Source of the DNA: Pseudomonadota bacterium
Lineage (GTDB): Bacteria; Bdellovibrionota; Bdellovibrionia; Bdellovibrionales; SG-bin7
Length of the DNA: 64,000 bases
Reading direction: 5' to 3'
Assembly (NCBI GenBank): GCA_034439715.1
Contig: JAWXAY010000027.1
Coordinates: 9,199-73,198, forward strand
This document shows, one piece after another, positions 19,754 to 27,929 of this stretch. Positions within the stretch are counted from its first letter, which is position 1. Each line of letters starts with the position of its first letter. A program made the position numbers and the translations under genes. The notes beneath the pieces were generated by a model. It worked only from the letters and a program-made list of their open reading frames with translations, did no database searches and was not told the origin of the DNA.

Positions 19754-21208
19754 TTAAACAATAAAGAGTTCCGGAATGTCGCCCGAGATCTCGCCCAATC
19801 TCGTGGGTCCACCGACCGCTTTCATGGCTGAGATCAATACTTTTGCGGGATGCTCTCCCCGTTTAATAATATGTTTACCAGGTTTTAATCCGCCCGCAGC
19901 ACCCGCGATAAGAACCATCATATTGTCTGTAGAGTGTGAGCCAATATCTCTGACATCCCCACCAGCATTATCCACAACGCCATGGCCACCCTCGAAGACA
20001 AAAGTCAACGCACAGTTGTCCAACATATTTCCAGCGCCCTCAGGAGTTGATTTAAGTTTATTAAGTAAATAACAAAAGTGTTCTATATGCCAGGCATGCA
20101 CAAGTGACATAGAGTAAGCATTAATTCCGTTTCCAGAATTCAAATTAGCAGCAACTTTAACAGATGGTGTTCCTGCCGGAGGGGCTGTTCGCCCGGCACC
20201 GTGGCCCAGCTCATGTTGATCACCAGCAGAATTACTTAGTTCAGGATAGAGTCCAGTCACACCCATGTGACTTTGTGCCGTGGTCAACATTTGTGTCGCG
20301 ACCCGAGAAGCATCACACACAAATGCCATATAAATTAAATCTAAGAAAATTCTATTTCGTTTAAATTCGTCACTGTAATTGGTGCCAATTGCGGGATCTG
20401 CGCCAGGATTCGCAAAAGGTTGACACGTGCCGCCGCTTGACAAGCTTTTTTCAAAATCACGAATTTGATCAAAATGTTGAGCCAGACGTTGTTGATCATT
20501 CACTCCGACCTCTGACAATATTTTTGTTCTCTGACCGGTAATAAAGTCAAGCACACTTCGCTTTTTAATAAGTGCTTGCTGTAGTTCAGGGGAACTTCCC
20601 GACGAAGTAAACAAGGCCTGATAAGCCCGAAGTGGCGAAGTTTCATTTCTCAGTCCCTGAATATTGCCGTTTCCCGCGTCCCTAAAAGTTAAAATTTCTC
20701 GACCAGAAAAATCAAATCCCTGCACATAAAATGCCGGAGAGGCTTGATAGTTGAGAGTGCGAAACTTAGACGTTGCGCCAATGATCTTAGATACAATTTG
20801 ATCTGCTCCTTCACTGCGTTGAGTGGTTCGAACTCCTGTTATTTGTGGGTAGTGACTGTCGGCATGAAATTCGCCATCGCGGCCACCCGGTAACCCGATA
20901 CCTGGAATAGTGAGTCCTGAAACAATGCTGATATCCCTCTGAAGATTGTATGTGCCCAAGGGTTTAAGTCCCGGAGAAAGAGGGAAGTTTCTGCCAAGCG
21001 CTGTGGGAATTGTAAAATTCAATGGGTCTCCATCAGGTCCCAACGACTGACCATCAAAGAATATTCCAAAGCGACTCGGCACTGGGCCGGCAGCAAAAGC
21101 ACCGTTACTATTTAACATGATATCTAATATTGGCAGTGAGAGCATAATTCCGCCCGCACCTTTTAAAAATGTCCTGCGATTCATTCGATGTATTTTCTGT
21201 GCACCCAT
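19754..21208 (-). CDS. Tat-exported DUF1552 protein, module E
   Basis: NRRTFLKGAGG...LPILDIM, RSVLDF, DQQRLAQHFDQIRDFE, AFVCDASRV, QHELGHG, EGAGNMLDN. Confidence 0.85.
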   Translation of the reverse strand: MGAQKIHRMNRRTFLKGAGGIMLSLPILDIMLNSNGAFAAGPVPSRFGIFFDGQSLGPDGDPLNFTIPTALGRNFPLSPGLKPLGTYNLQRDISIVSGLTIPGIGLPGGRDGEFHADSHYPQITGVRTTQRSEGADQIVSKIIGATSKFRTLNYQASPAFYVQGFDFSGREILTFRDAGNGNIQGLRNETSPLRAYQALFTSSGSSPELQQALIKKRSVLDFITGQRTKILSEVGVNDQQRLAQHFDQIRDFEKSLSSGGTCQPFANPGADPAIGTNYSDEFKRNRIFLDLIYMAFVCDASRVATQMLTTAQSHMGVTGLYPELSNSAGDQHELGHGAGRTAPPAGTPSVKVAANLNSGNGINAYSMSLVHAWHIEHFCYLLNKLKSTPEGAGNMLDNCALTFVFEGGHGVVDNAGGDVRDIGSHSTDNMMVLIAGAAGGLKPGKHIIKRGEHPAKVLISAMKAVGGPTRLGEISGDIPELFIV

Positions 21209-21209
21209 A

Positions 21210-22781
21210 CTACCGCCTTAAAAATCGATCAGAAGTTACTAATGCTAAAATAAGATCTTTTAAAAATCCCGTTTTATTAAATTCCGTCTGTAGGCCGGCC
21301 AACATTTCACTGTCTTTAGTTTCAGGCTCACTGCCCATGCCAAAGTGAAAGACTTGGCGCACAAAGCAGCTTTTAAATTGACTGGAGCGAATGAGAATCT
21401 CAGATAACTCAGCTGGACCCGAAAATGCATTTGAGCCAAATACTTGGCCCTTGCCCTCTATAAAACACGTACTTTTTAAGCTGCCATCACTATTATAATC
21501 AAACTCTCTATATTTACCAGTACGGTCAAAGCGCTCGAGTCCAAAGCCAATGGGGTCCATTTGTAGATGGCAGGCAAAGCAAGTGGACCCTTGCCGACGA
21601 TGTGAATCGTAGCGATTGTATTTACAGTCAGGCTGTCCAACAACCAATGGTGGAGGACTGTCAACATTTGTATTTGGGGGCGCTGGCGGTACGATTTTAC
21701 AAAGCAGTCGCTCAGTGACAAACTTCCCGCGCAGTGTGGGACTCGTGTCACCAAATTTAGGAACTGCCGACAAAAACGCCGCCGTGCTAAGTATGCCTTG
21801 TCGATTTGGAGGTAAACCTACGAGTGAAGGCGTACCTGTTAGACCTTGAATTTCATAAATATTGCCGAGCGTACTACTAATGGTTGTTTGGCGAGAGGTA
21901 AACAAATCCTGCCAAGGCTTTTGCTCCGTAACCAAAATGCGTCTTACCAGAGTGTCAGCCTCTTGTTTCATTGCTGCTGACAATATGTCTCCCGCCGGAA
22001 GTTTAGCATAACCTAACCAAAAGCCATGGAGCTTTTGAATTTGTGCGGGCGCTCTGGGCGAGGCCAGCATTGTACTTGCAACTTGCCGAACTTGGCTGGG
22101 AGTAGAAAGCTGCTGGCTTTCTGCTAATTTCAAAAGAGCATCATCAGGACCGCTGCCCCAGATAAAAAATGACAAACGGCTGGCGATATCAAAGTCAGTG
22201 AGGGTGGTTTTCCCTTCGATTCTATATAAAAATTTTGGATGCTGGAGAAAAACGCGAATGAGCATTTCGACACCCGCATCAAAACTTCCTAACTGTGTCA
22301 CCTGCTTTAAGCCATATGCTTGCAGCCCTGTAATTTCGTCTTGAGTAAGTGGTCTGCGAAAAAATAGTCGGCCTAATTTTTTTACTATTGATACAATACA
22401 CGTCTGATCTGCGCCTGCGAGGCCTGAGCAACCCAGAACACTTTGTTTTTTGGCGGGGTCGCTCATAAATCTTTGGGCTGCGTCGGCAGCAAAGTTGTCC
22501 AGACCCTGAATAAGCGGGGCTGAGGGATTTTGCTGGCGCACATCATTATCAAAGGGATTAGTTTCTTCAGCTGGCAAGAATGTCTCAGAACGAGATAAAT
22601 TGTCGTCTAAAATAAGTGTTAGGGACTTGTTAATTTCATCGTTTGTGAGGCGTCGAAGAGTGGGTTGGCCACTTAGAGAACTAAGTCCCGATTCGCTATT
22701 TTTAGTCGACTTAAACCCATCGCAATTTCCATAGAATACAATAAGAAAAGCTGATAAAAACAACCATCCTATAAATCTCAA
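21210..22781 (-). CDS. DUF1587/1595/1592/1588/1585-type heme lipoprotein, module E
   Basis: VFYGNC signal, LRRLTNDE, FFRRPLT, SRLSFFIWGSGPD, TSPTLRGKF, CFACH, DPIGFGLERFD. Confidence 0.85.
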   Translation of the reverse strand: MRFIGWLFLSAFLIVFYGNCDGFKSTKNSESGLSSLSGQPTLRRLTNDEINKSLTLILDDNLSRSETFLPAEETNPFDNDVRQQNPSAPLIQGLDNFAADAAQRFMSDPAKKQSVLGCSGLAGADQTCIVSIVKKLGRLFFRRPLTQDEITGLQAYGLKQVTQLGSFDAGVEMLIRVFLQHPKFLYRIEGKTTLTDFDIASRLSFFIWGSGPDDALLKLAESQQLSTPSQVRQVASTMLASPRAPAQIQKLHGFWLGYAKLPAGDILSAAMKQEADTLVRRILVTEQKPWQDLFTSRQTTISSTLGNIYEIQGLTGTPSLVGLPPNRQGILSTAAFLSAVPKFGDTSPTLRGKFVTERLLCKIVPPAPPNTNVDSPPPLVVGQPDCKYNRYDSHRRQGSTCFACHLQMDPIGFGLERFDRTGKYREFDYNSDGSLKSTCFIEGKGQVFGSNAFSGPAELSEILIRSSQFKSCFVRQVFHFGMGSEPETKDSEMLAGLQTEFNKTGFLKDLILALVTSDRFLRR

Positions 22782-22801
22782 GTATCCCCCTTAGCACTAG
22801 T

Positions 22802-22829
22802 TTATCGGAAATTTCCTAAAAATTATCTA
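22802..22829 (-). promoter_or_regulatory. sigma28-like promoter for module E
   Basis: TAGATAAT-N12-TCCGATAA. Confidence 0.55.
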
Positions 22830-22833
22830 CGTA

Positions 22834-24033
22834 TTATTGAGCCGGCAGCCAAAGGCTGTAAACCCAAATAGGATCTCCAATAGAGTCTAGCGTTTCAATC
22901 ATTGCGAGCTGACCAGTTGCTTGATCGATCTTAAACGAAGTTAATTTTTTGGTCCGCATACCTGCCACATAAATATATCGACCCGAGGGATCAATCTCGA
23001 ACTCTCGCGGCACACCTTCAACTTTTTGCTGTCCCCTACTCGTTAAAAACCCACTTATGGGATCAATAGCAAAAATAGCTAGACTATTATCACCTCGATT
23101 TGAGGCATACAAATATTTTGCATCCGGCGTAATATGAATGTCAGCACAAAAATTGGAATTGCCGTTAACTCCTGCCGGGAGAGTTGAAAGTGAATTTTGG
23201 AAACTCAGCTGACCATTGGTCGGATCCTCAGAATAAACGGTCACGCTGTCTCCCAATTCGTCAACTACGTAAAGTAAATTCTTGGTGGGATGATGTACGA
23301 CATGTCGGGGACCAGAACCAATTGGCGCCTGAATTTTTGCCGGAGAATTAGGGGTCAATAAACCAGTCAATGAATTAAGTAAAAACTGCGAGATCGTATT
23401 TGCCACAGTGTTGGTGACATACACAAACTTACTATTTTGAGTGCTTATGGCAGCGTGCGAATTAGTGTCTGTATTTTGTGTGTCTGTTGGTGTTTCGCTG
23501 AGGCTGCCATCGGGCCGAATTGGCAGAACAACAACTTTGCTGTCGGAGTAAGAAGGTATCAACAGATTTTTTTGAAGGGAATCGACATGAATATAAACAG
23601 GATTGATGCCGATTGCCACCTCTTGCGAAAACGTCAGGCTTCCGTTGGCCTGATCAATGAGAAATGCCGCGACCGACCGTCTGGCACTCAAACCCGCATA
23701 GAGATATTTTCGATTGGGATGAATGCCGAGCGGTACAATTTCACCCGCGATGGAGGCTGCACTTGTCTGTGTAAGTTTCCCACTTTGGGGGTCAATAACA
23801 AAAGTAACTAGGTTGTCGACATCTTTATCGATAAGGGCCATAAACAAAAAAAACTTACCCTGACCTTTAGGCGGCAGCCCTGCGGGTATTGGATCGGGAG
23901 GCGCTGAACTTTCCAAAGGCAATTCAAAGCTGGCTTGATCTACCGTTGCCGTAAATTTATTGCAGTTGGTATAACTTAACACGAGCAATGTGAAAATCAG
24001 AATGAAATTAAACGGGCGACTTACTGCTGCCAT
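22834..24033 (-). CDS. Lactonase-family (Pgl-like) beta-propeller lipoprotein
   Basis: LSYTNC signal, GSGPRH, ADIHITPDAKYLYASNRGDNSLAIF, PREFEIDPSG. Confidence 0.85.
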   Translation of the reverse strand: MAAVSRPFNFILIFTLLVLSYTNCNKFTATVDQASFELPLESSAPPDPIPAGLPPKGQGKFFLFMALIDKDVDNLVTFVIDPQSGKLTQTSAASIAGEIVPLGIHPNRKYLYAGLSARRSVAAFLIDQANGSLTFSQEVAIGINPVYIHVDSLQKNLLIPSYSDSKVVVLPIRPDGSLSETPTDTQNTDTNSHAAISTQNSKFVYVTNTVANTISQFLLNSLTGLLTPNSPAKIQAPIGSGPRHVVHHPTKNLLYVVDELGDSVTVYSEDPTNGQLSFQNSLSTLPAGVNGNSNFCADIHITPDAKYLYASNRGDNSLAIFAIDPISGFLTSRGQQKVEGVPREFEIDPSGRYIYVAGMRTKKLTSFKIDQATGQLAMIETLDSIGDPIWVYSLWLPAQ

Positions 24034-26132
24034 GCACTCACCATGCTAAATGGTGGCTGTGGCTTTGAAGTTGTCGTGCCATCGCCGAGTTGTCCCGCGC
24101 TATTATTTCCCCAGCAATATGCTTGCCCCTGAACTACGGCACAGTTGTGATGCGTTTCATCGACGCTGCCACCTGCAAAGTAAGATACGTCCCCCGGGGG
24201 CAGTCCAACTACTTTTAGTGGTGTTGGCTTGGCGGTATTAAAATTAGCGCCGGGTGCGCCTTGACGATTGTCGATATCATTTCTTCCCCAGCAATACAGG
24301 TCACCACCTGAGATGGCACAATACCCGCCTGCGATCGCACCCAACATGGTGACACCAGAAAGCCCGATAACTTCAAGAGCTGTATTGGACGAATTCGCAA
24401 TGTTGGCAGGACCCTGCCCCAGGGCTCCCCAATTATATCCCCAGCACTTTACCGTAGCATTCGGCATTAATGTGCACATACCGGATGAAATTGCTGAAAG
24501 CTGTAGAACGTTTGAACCTGCAGGAAATGAAGTGGTTGGAATAGGCCGAGGGTTACAGCGAAGGGCTCTCGTGTTCACGGTAACAGGTCCGCAGTCCGAG
24601 TAGAAGCCGTATGAAACATTGGGGTTGGATACCGTAGGTAAAACCATTCCTTCGGTAACATATGGAAGACACACCTTATAACTAGCAGCGGGTGGATTAG
24701 CTTCTAACAGACGGGAACCTTGATCGCAGACGTTGAAATTGCCAAATCGAGAATCATTTAATCCCCAACACTTAACTCCGCCGTCCTTGACGCCACAAGT
24801 GTAGCCCAACCCTGTGGCTATTGAGGTCACCCCTACCGCCATGTCCAAAACAGGTCGGGCATCTGGGTAATCAAGTTCACCAACGTCATGTAGTAATCCT
24901 GGGGCCTCCGCAAAACCAAGTTGTCCATACCTATTGGCTCCCCAACAGAAAGCGGCACCGCCAGCAACAGCGCAGGAGTGGTTCACGCCCGCATAAATTT
25001 TGCTGACGTTACTAAGTAAATTGCCAGCTGTATCTCTCACTAAAACCGGTGTTTCAACATCGGCACCGCCATTATTACTGCCCGCTTGAAAATTTGAATT
25101 CCAACCCCAACACTTAACATTTCCGTTTTGTATGGCACAGACATGTTCCTTGCCGACAGATAGTGAAGTCACGCCCGAATTTAATCCGGGAACTCTGAGT
25201 GGCACCGAGCTTGAAACCACAGATGTAGGTTGGCCCAACTGCCGATTTTGATTACTTCCAAAACACTGCACGCCGCCTCTAACAATTGCGCACGTAAAAT
25301 TTATCCCCACGCCTACGGCAGTCACAAAAGGAGTGGGCGGTAGAACGGGTTCTACGCTCATGCGCCGACAGGTAGTTGCGACGGCATAATCTGTATTATT
25401 AATTGAGGTGACAAGGGTGCCGTTAAACACGATATTGTCGGCAGAATTATCGTCAACTCTAAAGTCAAATTTATACTCTGTAGAATAAAATCTGGTTTGG
25501 CTTCCTAAAGTAGACTTAATTACAGCAAAATCAGAAGTCCTTTGTGCGGTGACGGCTCCATTGACGAATGTGCCTAAATAAATCCTGCCCTTTTCTGTCC
25601 TTTGACTTGAGTTTAATCGAATGACAGCGTCAATTCCCACATTATTGTCCTTAAATTGACAAAAAGCCTCAGTGGCGTTTTCGATCGGGGCATTTTCGAT
25701 CGGGGCATTAACATCTTCCACCTTCTCGAATACAGAATTTCGATAAACTAAAAAATCTTCGTCAAATGAAGAAATTTGCACTCCTGAAGTGGCCAGTGGC
25801 GAGGTAAATGTTGTAACGGTACAGTTGTCTTTAGTAATCGCCAAGTCGGTACTGTTGACGGTCATTACCGCTTGGGCCGATTTTACGTTTGAGCAAAGAT
25901 AGTCAGGATATGTTCTAATATAATCACCCAGCTTAGGTTTACCATCAAAACCATCTCCGCCACCTTGTGCGGCCGTAACCTCAATCGATTTTTCACCAAC
26001 TGAACTGAACTTCACCGATTCTGAATTTGAACAGCTTTGGTAATTCATCGAAGATAGGAATAAAAAAAGAAAGGTCAATCTTCCAAACAGTCGAAATCTT
26101 TTTTTTGAGTGGCCTTCGCTGTTCAAAATCAA
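24021..26132 (-). CDS. RCC1-repeat lipoprotein
   Basis: MNYQSC signal, GGDGFDGKP, repeated H/T-C-A....G.V.CWG.N..GQLG units. Confidence 0.85.
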   Translation of the reverse strand: MILNSEGHSKKRFRLFGRLTFLFLFLSSMNYQSCSNSESVKFSSVGEKSIEVTAAQGGGDGFDGKPKLGDYIRTYPDYLCSNVKSAQAVMTVNSTDLAITKDNCTVTTFTSPLATSGVQISSFDEDFLVYRNSVFEKVEDVNAPIENAPIENATEAFCQFKDNNVGIDAVIRLNSSQRTEKGRIYLGTFVNGAVTAQRTSDFAVIKSTLGSQTRFYSTEYKFDFRVDDNSADNIVFNGTLVTSINNTDYAVATTCRRMSVEPVLPPTPFVTAVGVGINFTCAIVRGGVQCFGSNQNRQLGQPTSVVSSSVPLRVPGLNSGVTSLSVGKEHVCAIQNGNVKCWGWNSNFQAGSNNGGADVETPVLVRDTAGNLLSNVSKIYAGVNHSCAVAGGAAFCWGANRYGQLGFAEAPGLLHDVGELDYPDARPVLDMAVGVTSIATGLGYTCGVKDGGVKCWGLNDSRFGNFNVCDQGSRLLEANPPAASYKVCLPYVTEGMVLPTVSNPNVSYGFYSDCGPVTVNTRALRCNPRPIPTTSFPAGSNVLQLSAISSGMCTLMPNATVKCWGYNWGALGQGPANIANSSNTALEVIGLSGVTMLGAIAGGYCAISGGDLYCWGRNDIDNRQGAPGANFNTAKPTPLKVVGLPPGDVSYFAGGSVDETHHNCAVVQGQAYCWGNNSAGQLGDGTTTSKPQPPFSMVSAWQQ

Positions 26133-26175
26133 CCCCCGCGAGGTACATACTTTAGTCTAGATACTTACTTTAGTC

Positions 26176-26203
26176 CTATCGGACAGAACCAGTATAAATT
26201 TGA
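26176..26203 (-). promoter_or_regulatory. sigma28-like promoter for the RCC1/lactonase genes
   Basis: TCAAATTT-N12-TCCGATAG. Confidence 0.6.
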
Positions 26204-26248
26204 GGCGTATTTTATTTATTAATACCCTCTCATTTTGAGCCATTCAGG

Positions 26249-26299
26249 AAAAAAAAGCCGCAACTCTTGGGTGGGTGGGGAGAGAGTTGCGGCCTGTAT
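26249..26299 (-). ncRNA. Candidate small RNA, copy 2
   Basis: Perfect 11-bp stem GCCGCAACTCT/AGAGTTGCGGC (26257-26293), loop CTCCCCACCCACCCA, U8 tail. -10 TAATAT at 26306-26311 and box at 26335-26351. Confidence 0.6.
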
Positions 26300-26305
26300 T
26301 TATTA

Positions 26306-26365
26306 ATATTACCGCGCTCATTTCGATAAATACATTAGTATTAATGAGCCAATAAATTTAGCTCA
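26306..26365 (-). promoter_or_regulatory. TGAG-type box plus -10 element in front of sRNA copy 2
   Basis: TTAGTATTAATGAGCCA at 26335-26351, inverted TGAGC...GCTCA, 25 bp to -10. Confidence 0.7.
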
Positions 26366-26381
26366 TTTCAAGCTTTTAACT

Positions 26382-27902
26382 TTAAGATTTAGCCGCGGCA
26401 TTTTTGATTAAGTACCTTGTGGTATTCCCCTTGCCACTCAAAATGAGACGTTTTAATTCTACCGCCTCATGCAAAAGCCGTTTAGCTTGTGCGCGAGAAT
26501 ATCCGGTGAGCATCACGACATCCTTGCAGGTAAAGGGATTACCCTTAAACTCACTTTTCAATTGCTCAAAAAAACCTTCTATGGCGTCCTTGAGGTGAGA
26601 AAATGGCTTAACATTAATGGCATAGGGTTTTAGTGTTTCCAGCTGAAACTCTCCTCGTGCCGTACTCGCAACTTCGAGTGGTATTTGGTTTTTCTTAAAC
26701 CAGCTTCTGAGTCGCGCAATAAGATCGTAAACCTTGTGCGGCGACGAAAGTAAATTGTAGTTTTCATCGGGAAATAATAACCCGAACAATGTCTGAACTT
26801 TAAAGGGGCGATAGAAGTCAGAAGTCAAAATCTGTAAAAGTTTATGTACTAACTGACCAAATTTCAATTTAGACCCCGATTTTTTATCTAATCCCAAACT
26901 TACTTCTAACAAGTACTTTTCGTGACTAGGCTTTGCATTAGGATGCCAAATGTAATTTTCTGGAAGGCTAATCTTTTCTTTAAATATACGTAGTATTCGT
27001 TGTCGAAATTTTTCGTGGGGAGTACCAAAGTAAAGACTAACTACCATTTCTTCGTTTTTAGTCAAGGTAGCTTCGTAAAGATCACAGTCACGCAAGACTT
27101 CCCATAATTTCTTTTGAAGAGCATCGTTCCGAACCTGCTTTAAAAGTTTTTTTCCTTCATCGACAGATTTCGGTGATAGCATCTTGACAATGGCGGTCCA
27201 TTGAGAGTTGTAGATCCCATAACGATAGTGAGCGTTTTGTAAAAATTTTTTGGCGCGCTCTATATGCTCTTCAGCCTCAGCAGCTCGGCGACGGTTAATC
27301 GATAGTTCGGCATAGATCTGGTGAGTATAACCCACTAAGAGTTTTTGCTCATTCTTATCAGCCGTGCTTAAGATTTTATTTAGAGTTAATTCAGCCTTTT
27401 CAAATTCAAGTTCGATAGTGTAGGCCGAAGCCAAATTAGTCATGGCAACTAATTTTTGATAACTATTTACATCACTATGCCTTAGGTATTTTTCTAATAG
27501 GGGAATAGCCGTATAATAATCCCAAGTGTTAAACAGACAAAACGCCTGAAACAATAATGCATCGGGATTTTTCTTTTGATCCACCGAGATGAGAATCTTG
27601 TAGGCCTCACCGACGACACCAAGACGCATTAGGTTTACAGCATACTCTACCTGCTCCTCTTGGCTGGCCGGAGGCACGACAGGCTTTTGCGGCCGCACGT
27701 AAGGGCCCAGTAATCTAATGGCATATCGTTGGTAGCCTATACGTCGAGCAAGATTTGCCACTCTAACAATCAAAGGACGGTCTAACTTTTTATAGCGAAT
27801 TTCTTCGAGTTTTCTTTTGACGGGATCAAGCTTACCTGCACGCAAGTCAGCATCAAGCTGTTCTATTGTTTTCAGATCAAATTTGCTTTTTGAACTACTC
27901 AT
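26382..27902 (-). CDS. TPR-like helical protein with C-terminal winged-helix segments (putative transcription regulator)
   Basis: TPR-like helices (Y..AIPLLEKYL, NLASAY, AEEHIERAK). OmpR-like LFGLLFPDE...KVYDLIARLRSWF. Terminal wHTH FTCKDVVMLTGYSRAQAKRLL...GKGNTTRY. Confidence 0.65.
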   Translation of the reverse strand: MSSSKSKFDLKTIEQLDADLRAGKLDPVKRKLEEIRYKKLDRPLIVRVANLARRIGYQRYAIRLLGPYVRPQKPVVPPASQEEQVEYAVNLMRLGVVGEAYKILISVDQKKNPDALLFQAFCLFNTWDYYTAIPLLEKYLRHSDVNSYQKLVAMTNLASAYTIELEFEKAELTLNKILSTADKNEQKLLVGYTHQIYAELSINRRRAAEAEEHIERAKKFLQNAHYRYGIYNSQWTAIVKMLSPKSVDEGKKLLKQVRNDALQKKLWEVLRDCDLYEATLTKNEEMVVSLYFGTPHEKFRQRILRIFKEKISLPENYIWHPNAKPSHEKYLLEVSLGLDKKSGSKLKFGQLVHKLLQILTSDFYRPFKVQTLFGLLFPDENYNLLSSPHKVYDLIARLRSWFKKNQIPLEVASTARGEFQLETLKPYAINVKPFSHLKDAIEGFFEQLKSEFKGNPFTCKDVVMLTGYSRAQAKRLLHEAVELKRLILSGKGNTTRYLIKNAAAKS

Positions 27903-27929
27903 AATATTTTTAACAGACGGACTTATCTA

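Noticed and set aside
25678..25707. Perfect 15-bp tandem duplication (NAPIE twice) in the RCC1 gene
   Set aside because: An in-frame two-copy slippage in a linker, with no sign of a phase-variation system.
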